Shown: positions 59,869 to 64,000 of the stretch, in pieces | Numbering within the stretch: position 1 is the first letter of the stretch | How the letters are laid out: each line of letters opens with the position of its first letter | DNA from: Selaginella moellendorffii | Lineage: Eukaryota; Plantae; Lycopodiophyta | DNA length: 64,000 nucleotides | NCBI RefSeq assembly: GCF_000143415.4 | Contig: NW_003314262.1 | Coordinates: 6,013,531 to 6,077,530 of the forward strand | Reading direction: 5' to 3' | Made by a program: the position numbers and the translations under genes | Notes under the pieces: generated by a model | Seen by the model: the letters and a program-made list of their open reading frames with translations, nothing else | What the model was told of the DNA's origin: nothing | Databases searched by the model: none

Positions 59869-62800
59869 ATTTTAACCCTTCTATAGCTTTATTTATTTCT
59901 TTTAAGAATATTACCTTTTCTTGAGTATTTCTAATTTATTTTTAAGTTCCATTTTTAGATATTTTAGCACTATAGTCAACCTGTCAATAGATTGCTCTTC
60001 AGCTCCAAACTCTTCGTTCGACTTGAAACATCGATCTGCCAATGATCCTGTTGAACGAGAACCTCCAGCTCTTCAAACCTGATCCATCTCTCCTGGGTAA
60101 GAGTATGCGTGATATTTGGTTCCATCCTCTTGCAGCAGCACAGCACAGGAATCCCCAATGCTTGCAACAACCTTGGTGGTGGTGATCGAAGCCACCATTG
60201 CTATTATTCCAGTTGTCCTTGCTTATTAGGAAGTTGTAGTCTAACTCCATGAACACCTGTTGCAAGCTCTTTGCTCCCCACTGGAAATCTGAGTTAATGT
60301 TCTCTTTGACAAAGATGGCAACCAGAGTCACCACTGTGTCCATCGTTAGTGTTAATAAGAAAAACATTGCTACCAATGATACTCTCCATAGAACATGTAT
60401 TTTTCATTGTCTCTCCTTGAACTCTCTCCATGAAGCCAAAGACTTTGACATGATTGTCCTTACATTATGTAATTGCACCTTTTATTATTTGATTAAGTTT
60501 TTCATAAAAAATAATTTTTTGGAAAGTTTTGTACTATATTTAAATGACAGTAAGTATTTCCCTTTAAAATTCAGTATCATTATATTCTACACAAATATTA
60601 TATTCTTAAGTTATTTAAATTCATTCTCAAAAGGTCTTAAATTTTTTTTATATTTTTTGTTTTTTTATAATATAAAATTTATCATAAATTTCTCTAATTA
60701 ATAATGTATTTGTGAATAGTGTAATACTCAAAATCCATTAACCACCTATCTATCAAATGCTGAGTTTTTATGTAAAATATTTCTATATATGCTAGGTTGA
60801 GTTTTGATTGTAATTTCCACAAATGTGAGTGTTTGGGATATGGGAATAGGTATATTAATTGAGGTTTAACCCCTATTAATATACAAGAATGGATAGTTCT
60901 AAATGGATGGTTCAAATGTTATAGTACTATAATTAGCATATTACCTAAGCATGTAATATGTACATATATTTACAAACCTTACAATGTTTATTGAATTTAA
61001 GTTAATTGAAAATATTATTAGAAATTATTTATAATTCTATATATACAAAATCCTCTAAAATGTTTCTAACTATTGTTGTGCTTAGATTTTCTCTTCTTTT
61101 TTTTATCTTCATTGCATCCTTTTCTTTTGTGCCATCATTAATCAAAGAGTATATCACTTAAATATGTTAAAATTACTTTGTTGAATTGAGTTTTTAGTAT
61201 TATTGGTCATGATATATTAATATACCCATCTTTAACTTCTATAAGATATGATTACATAGATTTTATAGTTCTCGATATTCTACTATCTTCTACTGATATA
61301 GAGTGTGATCATGACAACAATTAAAGAGATATGGATAATATACAGTGTGGTTCTTGAAGAATGTTTGAGAATTAAATTTATAAGAAAATAATGAATATGA
61401 GCTAAAGTGAATTTTAGATTGTGATAAGGAGCTTAATTATAATGAAAATAGCTTTATGATTAGTTGAAAATTTTGCAAGGTAATTGTTAATTTTTCAATA
61501 TGCAATCTAATTCTTTTTCTTTGCTTTTTACTTTTTCCTAACTTTTTTTAATTTCCTTAACTAAGCCATCTTTTCAAGTTTTTAATATTTCTTTCTCATA
61601 TGCAATATTTGCTTCTTCTAACATTGATCATTTATACCTCTTATAATTTTTATTCTTAGTATAGTGTTGAGTTGAGTGTTTTCTGTACTCCTCATATTAT
61701 TTAAATATTAAGCATATGTGTGAAGTTGAGAATTTTATTTTTGTTTTAGTAACGGAGTCTTTGATCATTTCTAGTGTTTAATATTCCCCTATTCCAAGAA
61801 TTGAATCACTTTTGCCATAGTTTCAAGTTGAGTACGTATTTTTAGTTATAAGTACCATTAAAAAAATCTAATTTATTATTACTATTAAGAAGTTTATGGG
61901 TTCCCTTGAGAGTGTGGATATTTTTATTGATTTTCCTATATCAAGTGTTGAGTTATATATTGAGGAGGTTGAGCAATGTGAATTTTTTGCTTATATTTAG
62001 GTGCTTTAAGCATTTTATGACAGGAAGTCTCCTCTTTAAGCACATATCATTATTTTTATTTCCCCATTTTCACTTTAATAAGTACTGAAATTTTCTTTTT
62101 TAATGTTTCTTTATCCACTTTTTCTTTTCCATAATGTTTATTCCTCACTTTTTCTTCTTTGTCCTGATGCTTCAAATATATTTTTCTTTTTCAGAGGGGG
62201 TAGAGGGGACAAACATGAGTTTGATTCTGATGATAGACTGAGGATAAGTGAATATGGTAGTGGAGTAAGGACAAATGACATGGATTGTGAAGTGAAGACA
62301 AACATGATGAGTCCAAATAAAACATTTTTCTTCAATGTAATAAGGCCAAAGGGATGTTATAGTGAAGTGAAACTAAATATAAATAATAACGTAAGGATAA
62401 GCACAACAAATTTGAATGAACCTAATGTTTTAAAACTTTTATTTTCTTTTGAGGAAGGGATGTAGAAGAAGAATAGAGTGAGTTCGACTTCCTATGTGTG
62501 CTACTGGACAAGGATAAAAGTCACAAATCCAAGTTAATATAGATTTTGGATATTGATTGAAGGGAAGATGTAAAAGTAGGTTCTACTTATAATCATAAAT
62601 CTAAGTTAATGATAGTCTTAAAGGATCATCAATGGATATAATTAAAAACATGATGTATCATTTTTTATAATAGTGTTTTATGGACTGTAATGGCTTTTGA
62701 AGTCCTTTATTTTAATTCAAAGTTAATAGCTTTAAAATTGCTTCAAGCATTTGGTAGTTGCACATAAAATTACAATTAATTTATCAAGATTTTGTGCCAT

Positions 62801-63149
62801 AGTTTTAGGTTTTATCTTAGTCATAACTATTAGTATGTGGGAGCTTTAAATTCTTGTAATAGTTTATAATTGCAACAGAAGCTCCAAATGTTCCACCTAA
62901 TTTATCATCATCACATTTTTTATTTTCTAGAGTAAGGTTTATATATATATGTATTAGATAATATGCTAATTATAATACTATAATATATAAACTATCCATT
63001 TGAGACTGAATCTAATCCATTTATTTTGTATATAAAAAAAATTCCTAATTAATATATTTATTCCCATATTCCATAACTTTGCTAGAGACGTGCACATGAT
63101 CCTCCTTGGATCCTATATGATCTCAGTAAACTCACCCAAGCAATGGAAT

Positions 63150-64000
63150 TTGACACGTAAGGCATTGTCACTTGTCCAGAAGTGCTGCAAAGTAGGGAGA
63201 GTTTCCCAGTCGCTGGAGATGAAGTGGATTAGTTCCTGCTAACTCCCAGCAATCCCGAGTGGCTACACGCGAAGAGAACGCACAGCAGAGTTATGTCGTC
63301 AGCTCGAACTCCATCCAGAGTCATGGAGTGGAAGAGCTCGAGAGCGAATTTCCAGCAACCATCTGCCGAGTTTGAGGCAATTATCGTGTTCCAAGACTCC
63401 GCTCGGGAAGCTTGTCAAATAGCTTCTTTGCTTGCTGGAAATGCCCATTTTGAGCGTAGGCTGCCACCATAGCTTTCAAGGAGACGATGTCTTCTCGGAC
63501 TTTGCAGTGGTATGGACGTCCCTACGGAAGATTGATCCACAACACCTTGTTCCTGAGCGCCATCTCCTCGAAAATCTCCCTCACCTCTCCGACAGATCCA
63601 TTGGCGACGCATCTGGCGAGCATCACATTGAACGAACAGAGATTTATCTCAGGCATCGAGTCGAAGATCGCCCTCGCGGCCACGATTGGCGTGGAGAGTG
63701 AGCAAACTCGTCCATGAAACGATGTTCTTGCGGGGCATCGATTGGAAAAAAATCTACCGTGAGATCGTGGAGACCGGTGTTGGCGTAAGCCGCGAGCATC
63801 GCATCCCACGAGACGAGCGTGTGGTGTTCCATTTGATCGAAGAGCTGCTTGCATATCTCGAGAGCATTACATTCCACAACTGGACGTTCCTGCTAGGCCT
63901 CAGATCAAACGCTTTCGATACGAGTAGGCACGTAGGTGGAGATCACGACGCAACGTTTTTGTGAGGCATTTGTCAAAGATCTCTCGGGCTACTTCCAAGT
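63150..64000 (-). pseudogene. Frameshifted PPR pseudogene, continuing beyond the window
   Basis: LFDQMEHHTLVSWDAMLAAYANTG, ARAIFDSMPEINLCSFNVML and AAYAQNGHFQQAKKLFDKLPE lie in different frames. Confidence 0.8.

Noticed and set aside
59976-63070. ORFs 59999-60376, 60249-60701, 62103-62465 and the surrounding AT-rich tract
   Set aside because: Low-complexity or unrecognisable translations; likely decayed repeats but not classifiable by eye.

Overview
Compact, intron-rich plant nuclear DNA. The 50-60 nt introns, short-motif PLS-PPR genes and Tcn1-like chromovirus suggest a lycophyte such as Selaginella (inference). 0.9-12.7 kb is a decaying tandem triplication of a cassette holding a Knr4/Smi1-like gene and two divergent bulb-lectin-like genes, with captured PPR fragments. 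13-24 kb holds a PHD-like zinc finger, a PPR, an atypical Dof-like gene, a TPR, a class III HD-ZIP and a CASP-like gene. 25-33 kb is AT-rich decayed Ty3/gypsy DNA. 33.7-47 kb holds an SBP-box gene, GNA1, an EG45/PNP-like gene, a plasma-membrane H+-ATPase, CSN4, MRS2 and a GDSL pseudogene. 47-56 kb is an old gypsy element carrying two nested insertions: a near-intact chromovirus with a self-priming (tRNA-independent) signature, and a 396-bp TRIM whose repeats contain a 5S rRNA promoter-like domain (Cassandra-like). 56-64 kb holds a PPR gene, PPR pseudogenes and a miniature 8-Cys secreted protein. All calls were made by eye without database searches; reference motifs are quoted from memory.
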